This document shows positions 24,123 to 32,091 of a stretch of DNA of 64,000 bases, one piece after another (within the stretch, counting starts at the first letter, position 1; each line of letters begins with the position of its first letter). The DNA lies in IMG/VR virus record IMGVR_UViG_3300005253_001115, positions 1 through 64,000 of that record, one strand, 5' to 3'. A program made the position numbers and the translations under genes. The notes beneath the pieces were generated by a model that was given only the letters and a program-made list of their open reading frames with translations, made no database searches and was not told the origin of the DNA.

Positions 24123-24155
24123 TGGGAGATTGGCTACCCGAGGAGCCAATCTCCC
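24123..24155. terminator. strong hairpin at the end of the tRNA array
   Basis: tgggagattggct/agccaatctccca 13-bp stem, no clear U-run. Confidence 0.5.
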
Positions 24156-24164
24156 ACAATAGAC

Positions 24165-24191
24165 TAAAGATCTCCTGACAGGTGCCGATGA
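24165..24191 (+). promoter_or_regulatory. sigma28-like promoter
   Basis: TAAA-N15-GCCGATGA. Confidence 0.65.
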
Positions 24192-24227
24192 GTATTGTAT
24201 ACTGTCACCAAATCACGGGAGACTCTA

Positions 24228-24590
24228 ATGAGCAAAAGACCGAAGATCAACCACCTGGCCCGGCTGGGCCTGGAACCCCACCCCCACAGCACGCATACCC
24301 TCGACAATGCGCGCAGGCGGGACGTTGAGATTCTAGGCCGTCGCTCTCGTAAGGAGTGGCCCTGTGCCGACCCCAAGTGCAGCGTAGGCTTCGACATTGA
24401 TCTTGACGAGGTGTACATCGAGCATTTCGTGGGAACCTCGCGGTACGGAGGTGAGCACTTCCAGTACCACGTTGCATGCGCAATCAATAAGCAGGTCGTT
24501 CGACCTGTAGAGGGTGCCATCGACAAGGGTAACAATCGCCGACAAGCAATTCAGGCGCAACGCGCACGAAAGGCAGCCAATGCTGGTTAG
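24228..24590 (+). CDS. hypothetical zinc-binding protein with C-terminal RRxAIxxQRAR tag
   Basis: CADPKC...YHVAC; ends NNRRQAIQAQRARKAANAG; GGAG RBS before ATG 24228. Confidence 0.7.
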   Translation: MSKRPKINHLARLGLEPHPHSTHTLDNARRRDVEILGRRSRKEWPCADPKCSVGFDIDLDEVYIEHFVGTSRYGGEHFQYHVACAINKQVVRPVEGAIDKGNNRRQAIQAQRARKAANAG

Positions 24591-25136
24591 ACTCGTCCTT
24601 GAGGAGAACACACAGTGAGCAAGGTTCTTCAAAAGATCGGAACTATACGCACGACTGCCGAGCGTTTCGGCGTACCCACCGAAGGCATCCCAACGGAGCG
24701 GCATAATACCCTTGTATTCGTCAACCACAGGTTGCGCTCGACCCTAGGTAGCGCAAACTGGGTCGGAAAGTTTTGCTGGATCGAGATACACAAGTTAGTT
24801 TTCGCGAACCCCGAGCAAATGCGCGAGACGCTGGCACACGAGATTGCGCATGCCATGCAGGGTCCCGGCCACGGTCACAGCCAGCGATGGGAAGCAACCG
24901 CAAAGTCTCTCGGAAGTAAGGGCAAAAGACACGCTTCGCGCGAAGCTTGCGAAGCTATTGGAATCAGGGATACCTACCGCGTGGTAGCGCATTGCGAGAG
25001 ATGCGGCAGTGAATTCAAACGGGCCCGTGCCCCCGATAAACGCAAACAGTACACGCATATTAGGTGCGGCGGTGATATTGTCCTCGACTCGGAATACATC
25101 GAGGACAATAGAAAGGCAGCCAATGCTGGTTAGACT
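24568..25136 (+). repeat. 26-bp direct repeat (24568-24593 / 25111-25136) flanking the SprT-like gene
   Basis: gaaaggcagccaatgctggttagact occurs twice. Confidence 0.92.
24615..25133 (+). CDS. SprT-like zinc metalloprotease
   Basis: TLAHEIAH (HExxH), GHGHSQRW, C-terminal CERC..HIRC ribbon. Confidence 0.85.
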   Translation: MSKVLQKIGTIRTTAERFGVPTEGIPTERHNTLVFVNHRLRSTLGSANWVGKFCWIEIHKLVFANPEQMRETLAHEIAHAMQGPGHGHSQRWEATAKSLGSKGKRHASREACEAIGIRDTYRVVAHCERCGSEFKRARAPDKRKQYTHIRCGGDIVLDSEYIEDNRKAANAG

Positions 25137-25905
25137 GGTTTCAGATTTGCACCTTGAGTTCGGAAAGGACTGGGAGCCTGTGGTTCCTGAACTACCCGAG
25201 GACAGCGAGTCTGTTCTTGTGGTAGCCGGGGACATCGACACGGGTCTGGACGCTTGCGACTTTCTCCAGCAGGTTGCCCATCGGTTCTTGCACACGATTT
25301 ACGTTCTTGGCAACCACGATTTCTACAGAGGCAATGATCTCCACCTTCTGCCCGGATATGTTCGAGAGGAGTTGAGCGACTTCCCCAATATCACCCTTCT
25401 GGAGAACGAGACTCTGGTTGTGGGCAATGTCCGGTTCTTGGGGACTACCCTCTGGACCAATATGGCGAACGAGAATCCGACTGTCATGCTCATTATCGAG
25501 CAGGGCATGGCGGACTACGGGCAAATCAAGAAGAACGGCGGGGAGAGGATATTCGCCCCTGACACGATTGCTATACACAAGTTGGCAGTGAAATTTCTCG
25601 AAGAGGAGTTGCCGAAGGAGCACGATGGTCCGACCATAGTCGTCACACATCACCTTCCTAGCTTCCAAAGCGTACACCCCATGTACCATCGACCGGGGGT
25701 GAATGCTATCAATCCCGGGTTCTACTCCAGCTTGGATGGGTTGCTGGTTGACCACGACATTGCTTACTGGCTTCACGGCCACACGCACGCGACCGTAGAA
25801 TACGAGATCGAAGGCACTAGAGTACGAATGAACCCGCTTGGGTACGCGCCGGTAGAGCGTAAAGAGAATCCGCAATTTTCACCAACATGGAGAATCGAAG
25901 TATGA
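25123..25905 (+). CDS. calcineurin-like metallophosphoesterase
   Basis: SDLH, AGD, GNHD, THH and HGHTH motifs. Confidence 0.9.
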   Translation: MLVRLVSDLHLEFGKDWEPVVPELPEDSESVLVVAGDIDTGLDACDFLQQVAHRFLHTIYVLGNHDFYRGNDLHLLPGYVREELSDFPNITLLENETLVVGNVRFLGTTLWTNMANENPTVMLIIEQGMADYGQIKKNGGERIFAPDTIAIHKLAVKFLEEELPKEHDGPTIVVTHHLPSFQSVHPMYHRPGVNAINPGFYSSLDGLLVDHDIAYWLHGHTHATVEYEIEGTRVRMNPLGYAPVERKENPQFSPTWRIEV

Positions 25906-26267
25906 GTGGAGAAACCAAGGAAGACAAGTTTGACCGACTATTCCGACATGCCGACGCGATGTTCGATCGGGCGGAAAAGATGTTCGCGAATTTTCCGTGG
26001 AGCAAGCCGCCCAGCAACGACGGCTTCTTCACTAGAACCGTAACATACGTGCCCCTTGAGGATGAAGAGGAAGTCGAGCCCTGCAACGACCCCAGCGAGT
26101 ACAAGTTGGTCAAGACACCAACAGCCTTCGAGAGCAAGGAAGCCATCGAAGAGTGGCTGAACGGTTTCGGTGCAGAGGGCTGGGACCTGAACTGTTTCGA
26201 GTTCGGGTATGCGATCTTTTCACGGTACGTGGAGGACGAGGACGAGGATGAAGCGGAGGTGGAATGA
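25902..26267 (+). CDS. hypothetical protein
   Basis: ATGA overlap; EEWLNGFGAEGWDL segment. Confidence 0.65.
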   Translation: MSGETKEDKFDRLFRHADAMFDRAEKMFANFPWSKPPSNDGFFTRTVTYVPLEDEEEVEPCNDPSEYKLVKTPTAFESKEAIEEWLNGFGAEGWDLNCFEFGYAIFSRYVEDEDEDEAEVE

Positions 26268-26581
26268 CCACTGTAATTCATATTCGAGACACCCCGCCGG
26301 GATACAAGGACAACCCGGACTACGTGTACATCGGACGCCCCAGCAAGTGGGGTAATCCTTACCCGGTGAGCATGGGTCGGACCGCCTGTATTGATCTGTT
26401 TCGAGAGCATGTGACTTCCGATCCACGGTTGCTGGAGGCTCTCTCCGAACTACGGGGAAAGACCCTGGTCTGCTATTGTAAGCCCCAGGCTTGTCACGGG
26501 GATGTGCTAGCTGAACTGGCTGATGCCAAGCAGAAGGAGGACGAAGATGAAGCGGAAGAATCAGAGTCCGAGGGAGTATAG
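26264..26581 (+). CDS. DUF4326-like protein
   Basis: VYIGRPSKWGNPY...LRGKTLVCYCKPQACHGDVL. Confidence 0.85.
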   Translation: MTTVIHIRDTPPGYKDNPDYVYIGRPSKWGNPYPVSMGRTACIDLFREHVTSDPRLLEALSELRGKTLVCYCKPQACHGDVLAELADAKQKEDEDEAEESESEGV

Positions 26582-26855
26582 TCTACAGCATTGCAAGGAT
26601 CGTGCGCGCGAGCGTTACGCTTTCGAGCTTCTGGACAACGACTACGACGTTCTATGTAACTCTGTTAGGGAAGAGTTGGTGGGCGACTGCTTTATAGGCG
26701 GGATCTCTAGGTTGAAAAAGGTCAACCAAGAGGGTTCGCAATACACCTTTATCGTGGTCCTAAGGGGCAGAGAACTGGTTGTGGTATTTGACGCTGGGCG
26801 CTCATTAGTTACCACTCTTTTGCCGCCGGAGCAGTTTTCTGAGCATTTGAGCTAA
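26547..26855 (+). CDS. hypothetical protein
   Basis: HCKDRARERY...LVTTL, weakly RelE-like. Confidence 0.6.
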   Translation: MKRKNQSPREYSLQHCKDRARERYAFELLDNDYDVLCNSVREELVGDCFIGGISRLKKVNQEGSQYTFIVVLRGRELVVVFDAGRSLVTTLLPPEQFSEHLS

Positions 26856-26879
26856 AGACTTCGGCCGAGAGACCGATAG
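26853..26879 (+). promoter_or_regulatory. sigma28-like promoter, leaderless to ATG 26887
   Basis: TAAA-N15-ACCGATAG. Confidence 0.55.
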
Positions 26880-26886
26880 ATAAGGT

Positions 26887-27339
26887 ATGAGTAGTGGAGC
26901 AGAACACAATAGAGGAGCCCTAGTTGCCGGTGGGTTAGTCATGCTTGCCTGTGTAGTAACAGGAGTTGCGTTTGATCCTAGATTAGGTACTATTGCCGCA
27001 GTATCGTTTCTGTTTGGCGTTTTCATGTTGAGCCCGGATCTGGATCTACGGAACAGTTCCCCAACTAAGCGCTGGGGTCCTCTTCGACTCTTATGGCGAT
27101 TCTACTCTAAAACACATGCACACAGAGGCATTAGCCATAGTATGCTCTTTGGCACTTTGGAGCGTGTCCTGTACATGTCTTCCGTTCTTCTGCTGATTGG
27201 CTATTGCTGGCACGGGTTCAACGTAGAATTTTTCAGCGATGTGCAAGTAATGGCGCAAGCATATCCATTAGAAATGCTTACCTCGTTCACAGGCATGTGG
27301 GTAGCAAATACAGTACACATCGTACAAGACGGGATGTAA
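26887..27339 (+). CDS. DUF2227-like metal-binding membrane protein
   Basis: LSPDLD, RWGPLRLLW and HRGISH motifs. Confidence 0.8.
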   Translation: MSSGAEHNRGALVAGGLVMLACVVTGVAFDPRLGTIAAVSFLFGVFMLSPDLDLRNSSPTKRWGPLRLLWRFYSKTHAHRGISHSMLFGTLERVLYMSSVLLLIGYCWHGFNVEFFSDVQVMAQAYPLEMLTSFTGMWVANTVHIVQDGM

Positions 27340-27470
27340 ATGATGGACAACATTGAAACACTCAAAGTAGATCTCCGTTGGCAGCTTTCCTTCGAAGAAA
27401 TTGACTGGGACTATTTCATGGAAACCGTAGAAAGGGCTAGGGCTGCTCAACAGGCGCTACTGGATCAGCA

Positions 27471-27695
27471 ATGAGCAAAGGATATCGGAAAATATCCGTC
27501 GGTGGTGTGAATTACGAGTATAAGGTAGGGCGCGCTCACGTAGACATCAGACCCCCTGGGGGGGCACGCATGACGCCGGACTTACGCCAGGTGACGGGGC
27601 TTACCTGGGACGAAATCGAGCGCGGGACGTGGAAGCGGTATTTCAGCGTCACGCCGCAACAAATTAGAGAGTACATTGAAGGAAGACAGACATGA
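27471..27695 (+). CDS. hypothetical protein
   Basis: 74 aa, overlapping starts/stops. Confidence 0.6.
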   Translation: MSKGYRKISVGGVNYEYKVGRAHVDIRPPGGARMTPDLRQVTGLTWDEIERGTWKRYFSVTPQQIREYIEGRQT

Positions 27696-28042
27696 GCAAA
27701 CCCAGTAGCAAACCTCTGGTTCGATGCACAGGGAAAGAGTGCTCCATTCACTGCCCACACAGCCTACCACATGAAAAGTGGGGCGAACTGAAGACATGTA
27801 CTCTCTGGGGAGAATGTTCAGAGAGTGAGAAAAAGATTCGTTGCGTGAAAGTGAAAGAAGGAGAACACGATGAATGACCGAAACTGTGCGGTCCGAGAGA
27901 GAATCGGAGACGGCGTTTCAGTTGGGCGCTGCTGGATTTACACAGACGAGGCTGAGGGTACTCTGACGTGCCCCAGACACGGAGATGTAACAAGTATTCA
28001 GAAGCGCTTCAGCGAGACTGGGGAGCTTGGAGAAGACCCGAG

Positions 28043-29272
28043 ATGAGTGACTACGACGTATTTCAGGGTGGCGTGCCGATCAAGGCATGGACGAAGGGCG
28101 TGCCGATTGAGTCGGCGGCTCTCGATCAGTTGAAGAATGTGGCGGCTCTGCCGTTCATTCACAAGTGGGTAGCAGTGATGCCGGACGTTCACTTCGGGCG
28201 TGGTGCTACCGTTGGCTCGGTCATTCCGACCAAGGGGGCTATCATTCCGGCGGCTGTCGGTGTGGACATTGGTTGCGGCATGGTCGCCGTGCGAACGGGA
28301 CTCGTGTCTCACGACCTTCCGACCAACTTGAAGAAGTGGCGTCTAGCTATCGAAGAGGCTGTGCCGCACGGCGCAGTCAAGGGTGCTTCCCACGATCGTG
28401 GCGGATTCTCTCCGGGCGCTCTTCCGAAGACGAACTCTCGTCTGTGGCAGAACAAGTTGGCGAATCGTTACGCTACCATTATGGGAAAGCACAAGTCGGT
28501 TGCTCACAAGGCTGGTCCACACCAGCTTGGTACGCTTGGGGGCGGTAACCACTTCATCGAGATTTGCCTGGATGAGGCGGATCGCGTGTGGCTGATGCTG
28601 CACTCGGGTAGCCGTGGCCTTGGCAACAAGATCGGAATGTACTTCACCGATCTGGCAAAGAAGGAGATGAAGATTCACTTCGTGAACTTGCCGGACAAGG
28701 ATCTTGCATATCTGCCGGAGGGTACGCAGCACTTCGATGACTACATCGAGGCGATGACGTGGGCGCAGGACTTTGCTCAGTTCAACCGCGACCTTATGGT
28801 TCTTCAGGTGTTCGATGCCTTGAAGCGCGAGGGCGGAGTTCCGCAGAAGAAGCTCTTGACTCACGATGTGGCAGTCAATTGCCATCACAATTACAGCGCT
28901 CGCGAGAACCACTACGGACAGAACGTGTGGCTCACTCGTAAGGGAGCAGTGTGCGCGCGCAAGGGCGTCATGGGAATCATCCCGGGTTCGATGGGTACCA
29001 AGTCCTTCATTGTAGAGGGCAAGGGTAACCCGGAGAGCTTTGACTCGTGCTCGCACGGGGCTGGTCGCATCATGAGCCGCTCGAAGGCAAAGAAGACGTT
29101 CACGCTGGACGACCACATCAAGGCAACGGAGGGGGTCGAGTGTCGCAAGGACGAAGGAGTCATTGATGAGACGCCGGGAGCTTATAAGGATATCGACGCT
29201 GTTATGGCAGCGCAGGCATCTTTGGTGGACATCAAGCATACGCTTCGTCAGGTGCTCTGTGTCAAGGGCTAA
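28043..29272 (+). CDS. rtcB: RtcB RNA 3'-phosphate/5'-OH ligase
   Basis: MPDVH, VGVDIGCG, GTLGGGNHF, HSGSRG, HHNY, SHGAGR and DETPGAYK motifs. Confidence 0.97.
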   Translation: MSDYDVFQGGVPIKAWTKGVPIESAALDQLKNVAALPFIHKWVAVMPDVHFGRGATVGSVIPTKGAIIPAAVGVDIGCGMVAVRTGLVSHDLPTNLKKWRLAIEEAVPHGAVKGASHDRGGFSPGALPKTNSRLWQNKLANRYATIMGKHKSVAHKAGPHQLGTLGGGNHFIEICLDEADRVWLMLHSGSRGLGNKIGMYFTDLAKKEMKIHFVNLPDKDLAYLPEGTQHFDDYIEAMTWAQDFAQFNRDLMVLQVFDALKREGGVPQKKLLTHDVAVNCHHNYSARENHYGQNVWLTRKGAVCARKGVMGIIPGSMGTKSFIVEGKGNPESFDSCSHGAGRIMSRSKAKKTFTLDDHIKATEGVECRKDEGVIDETPGAYKDIDAVMAAQASLVDIKHTLRQVLCVKG

Positions 29273-29410
29273 TCTGGTTGCCGTAAAGAGGCAAGATAAG
29301 AATGGAAAGATGGTAACCAAGTGGGTTCGACCTGAAGGTGTAAATCCGCCTTCTTAGTCCAACACACATGGCGGCTACAAAGTTGCTTCTGGGGTAGGAA
29401 AGGGAACACA

Positions 29411-29674
29411 ATGTCGCAGCAGGAACATGACGCTAGAGTCAGAGATCGCCTTTCTTGGCGCTTTATCCAACACAAGGAAGACGCCTGCCCCAAATGTCAC
29501 GGAGCAGGGGTTCGTATGTATCCCAATACTGCAACATGGGACAATAGACCTGGAATGGTATCTGGCCAAGCATTCACAGGAGATGTTTGTGACAAGTGTT
29601 GGGGAAGTGGGGATAAATATCGCCCTTGGCCCTCGCATCGAGAATTCAGAGAATTGAAAGAAGCAAATGGCTAG
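29411..29674 (+). CDS. DnaJ-like zinc-finger protein
   Basis: CPKCHGAG / CDKCWGSG. Confidence 0.65.
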   Translation: MSQQEHDARVRDRLSWRFIQHKEDACPKCHGAGVRMYPNTATWDNRPGMVSGQAFTGDVCDKCWGSGDKYRPWPSHREFRELKEANG

Positions 29675-29761
29675 TCCCGCAACGTGGAAAGATTACGCGC
29701 TGGGGTTTGGCCTCATCATGCTTATGCTAGGATTTACGGCAGGCTTCATAGTAGGTGTGAC

Positions 29762-29998
29762 ATGGCACTAGGAGATGAACTTCACTACGAGATCTGCCCG
29801 ATGCTGTTCGATTATCGCATCATCAAGACCGACGGATACATTGTCACAGACAATTGGTTATACGACGATCTTGATGATGCGGTCACGGCCTTAGTGCAGA
29901 TGGAAGAAGGCAAGGAACCAGAGGGCTGGTTCCGCCATATCGAGACTGGGCGGCGTCGCCCCGGTGGGAATGCGTCCAAGGAGTACATAAACCCGTGA
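29762..29998 (+). CDS. hypothetical protein
   Basis: AGGTG RBS; EPEGWFRH. Confidence 0.6.
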   Translation: MALGDELHYEICPMLFDYRIIKTDGYIVTDNWLYDDLDDAVTALVQMEEGKEPEGWFRHIETGRRRPGGNASKEYINP

Positions 29999-30375
29999 GC
30001 CATTCAGGCATGAGCCATTACATTGTATGCGCACATTGCGGCAAGACCTACAATACCCATGATTCGTGGCAGGCTGGCGACCACGAGAACGAAGCATGTA
30101 CCGCTGTCCAGCACGGTTTTTGCGATACCTGCGGAGGTAATGGAGCACTACACATAGCCGAAACCGGAGAGGCAGTCCACACAGATCAGACAGAGTGCAT
30201 CAGGTTTCTAACGGAGCAGGTTAAATACATGGAGCAGTACCGCCTTGAGCACGACACGAGGTATTGCGAACTGGAGAAAGCTGTGGAGGGTTTGGTCAAT
30301 GGCCGCAAGGCTGCCTTGGCGGAATCCCGGACACTAAAGGCAATACGAAACTCCGATGCCGCTGTATCACGTTAA
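29995..30375 (+). CDS. hypothetical Cys/His-rich protein
   Basis: CAHC, CDTC; weak tag variant NGRKAALAESR. Confidence 0.6.
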   Translation: MSHSGMSHYIVCAHCGKTYNTHDSWQAGDHENEACTAVQHGFCDTCGGNGALHIAETGEAVHTDQTECIRFLTEQVKYMEQYRLEHDTRYCELEKAVEGLVNGRKAALAESRTLKAIRNSDAAVSR

Positions 30376-30643
30376 TGTTTCCGTCGTTGTAGGCGACCAG
30401 CATCTCACCTTTTCGAAGGTAGTAGAAGCAAAAGGTTCAGTTGCTGGTCCCATTAAGCTAACGGTGGCTAGGCTCCCGGGCGTGTATCAGCGTGAAGAAG
30501 CCCCTTCCGACATTGGGAGTTCCAGCAGGTGCTATGCAGGGCACGCAAGTGACCTTACTCTAATTCACGGAGAGGTACCAGAGCCGGAACCCATCACCGA
30601 TCGTCGAGGGGCGATTAGAGACCAGAAAGCACGCAATGGATAA
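30356..30643 (+). CDS. hypothetical protein with C-terminal RRxAIxxQKAR tag
   Basis: Ends TDRRGAIRDQKARNG. Confidence 0.7.
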   Translation: MPLYHVNVSVVVGDQHLTFSKVVEAKGSVAGPIKLTVARLPGVYQREEAPSDIGSSSRCYAGHASDLTLIHGEVPEPEPITDRRGAIRDQKARNG

Positions 30644-30938
30644 AGTGATGGAATTGAAAGCCCAGCTCTCCACCGCCGAAGCTGAGCGGGATGCTGCGCG
30701 GGAGGAGGCGGGGATGAGTGATGCAGCATTTGTAACGCTTCTGGCTGCCAGCACAAAACAAGATGATGAACTCACCAGGCTGCGCGTCCTGGTTGAGGAG
30801 CGGAAAGCAGGAACACCTCACCACCACGATCGAGACTATCCGGGTTGCAAGGTAGCTGTAGACGCTCTCTACAGGAAGCGTGACGAACTCCAAGCCACCG
30901 TCGCCGCCCATGTAAAGGCTGCGGCAGAGCTAGCCTAG
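30636..30938 (+). CDS. hypothetical coiled-coil protein
   Basis: 100 aa, overlapping start. Confidence 0.6.
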   Translation: MDKVMELKAQLSTAEAERDAAREEAGMSDAAFVTLLAASTKQDDELTRLRVLVEERKAGTPHHHDRDYPGCKVAVDALYRKRDELQATVAAHVKAAAELA

Positions 30939-30947
30939 AGAGATTCA

Positions 30948-31361
30948 ATGGGTGACGTAAAGGTAGTATTCACGAACGGCTGTTTCGACCTACTGCACGT
31001 TGGTCATATTCGGTATCTGGCTGCGGCTAAGCTACATGGGGACTGGCTCATCGTAGGGCTGAACTCGGACGAAAGTTTCCGCCGACACAAGGGCAGGAAT
31101 CCCATCAACTGTGAGCAGTGGCGCTACGAGATGCTGATGGCTTTGGGGTGTGTGGACGAGGTGCGAATCTTCGATGAAGACACGCCGGAGAGGCTTCTCT
31201 CAGAGATCGAGCCAAATATCCTAGTAAAGGGCGCAGATTACAAGCCCGAAGACGTACTCGGGCGTGAGCACGCAAAGAAGGTGCTGTGCCTGGAGGTTGG
31301 TGCGCAGGTCCATACGAGCGATCTTTTCGAGAAGATCAGAATACACTTTCAAGGAGTTTGA
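30948..31361 (+). CDS. RfaE domain II/HldC-like nucleotidyltransferase (heptose-1-phosphate adenylyltransferase family)
   Basis: FTNGCFDLLHVGH, LIVGLNSD, LVKGADY. Confidence 0.85.
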   Translation: MGDVKVVFTNGCFDLLHVGHIRYLAAAKLHGDWLIVGLNSDESFRRHKGRNPINCEQWRYEMLMALGCVDEVRIFDEDTPERLLSEIEPNILVKGADYKPEDVLGREHAKKVLCLEVGAQVHTSDLFEKIRIHFQGV

Positions 31362-31465
31362 TATGATGATAAATTGCAAACGCTGCGGAATCCTTACCAA
31401 AGATTTTCTGTACCACTGGCTCTGGTGTCGTAATTGTCGCTTGAAGCACCAAAATGGTAGATAAA

Positions 31466-32071
31466 CTAAGAGACCTCTGCCATGCACTGGTGGGTTCGCT
31501 TCATCCATCCGTGGAGAAACACGATCATTTCAGGCTTGTTCTTGACGAGGCGGCAGAGAAAACCTACCCGCTCCATTACGACAGCCTGGGCGACGGCGTT
31601 CTCGCCATCTTTCTCCACGGCTGAGGCAACCTTCTTCAGCGTGTTCGGCCCGATAGCACCATCGACTCCGGCTCCGACTACCTTCTGGAGTGTCTTGGCG
31701 GAGCGGCTGGTGCCAGAATTCACTGCGTAGTCCATCACGGCTAGAGCAATGGCGGGAGCTAGGTCGTCCCCGTGGATTTTGTTCCAATACTTCTCCCGGT
31801 AGATGTCCTTCGCCCCCTCTTCCGTGAGGTTCTTGATGTCTACGTCGGGGTGCGACCGCTTGGCGATGCCGAAATTCGTCTCACCTCCGGGATCGGACTC
31901 GTGATTTGTGTAGCCACCTTCCCACCGCAGAGTAAACTTCATAGCTCTTTCAAATTTGTCCATTTCAGGCTCCTCGGGTATAACCGGACGCACAGCTTGG
32001 GAAGGAACCGGCTGGGGCTTAGTGTTCCCCCGCTTGTCCAAAAAGCTCATGATCCAGTCAAAAAATCCCAT
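31466..32071 (-). CDS. endolysin, glycosyl hydrolase family 108 with peptidoglycan-binding domain
   Basis: WEGGY...DPGGETNFGI, VDGAIGPNTL, FLHGWMKR. Confidence 0.9.
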   Translation of the reverse strand: MGFFDWIMSFLDKRGNTKPQPVPSQAVRPVIPEEPEMDKFERAMKFTLRWEGGYTNHESDPGGETNFGIAKRSHPDVDIKNLTEEGAKDIYREKYWNKIHGDDLAPAIALAVMDYAVNSGTSRSAKTLQKVVGAGVDGAIGPNTLKKVASAVEKDGENAVAQAVVMERVGFLCRLVKNKPEMIVFLHGWMKRTHQCMAEVS

Positions 32072-32091
32072 ACTGGAGAGATAATGGTGAG

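Noticed and set aside
28343-29320. 325-aa minus-strand ORF, and similar antisense ORFs over the phosphoesterase, scaffold and MCP genes
   Set aside because: Shadow frames of strongly codon-biased genes, with no motifs or RBS.
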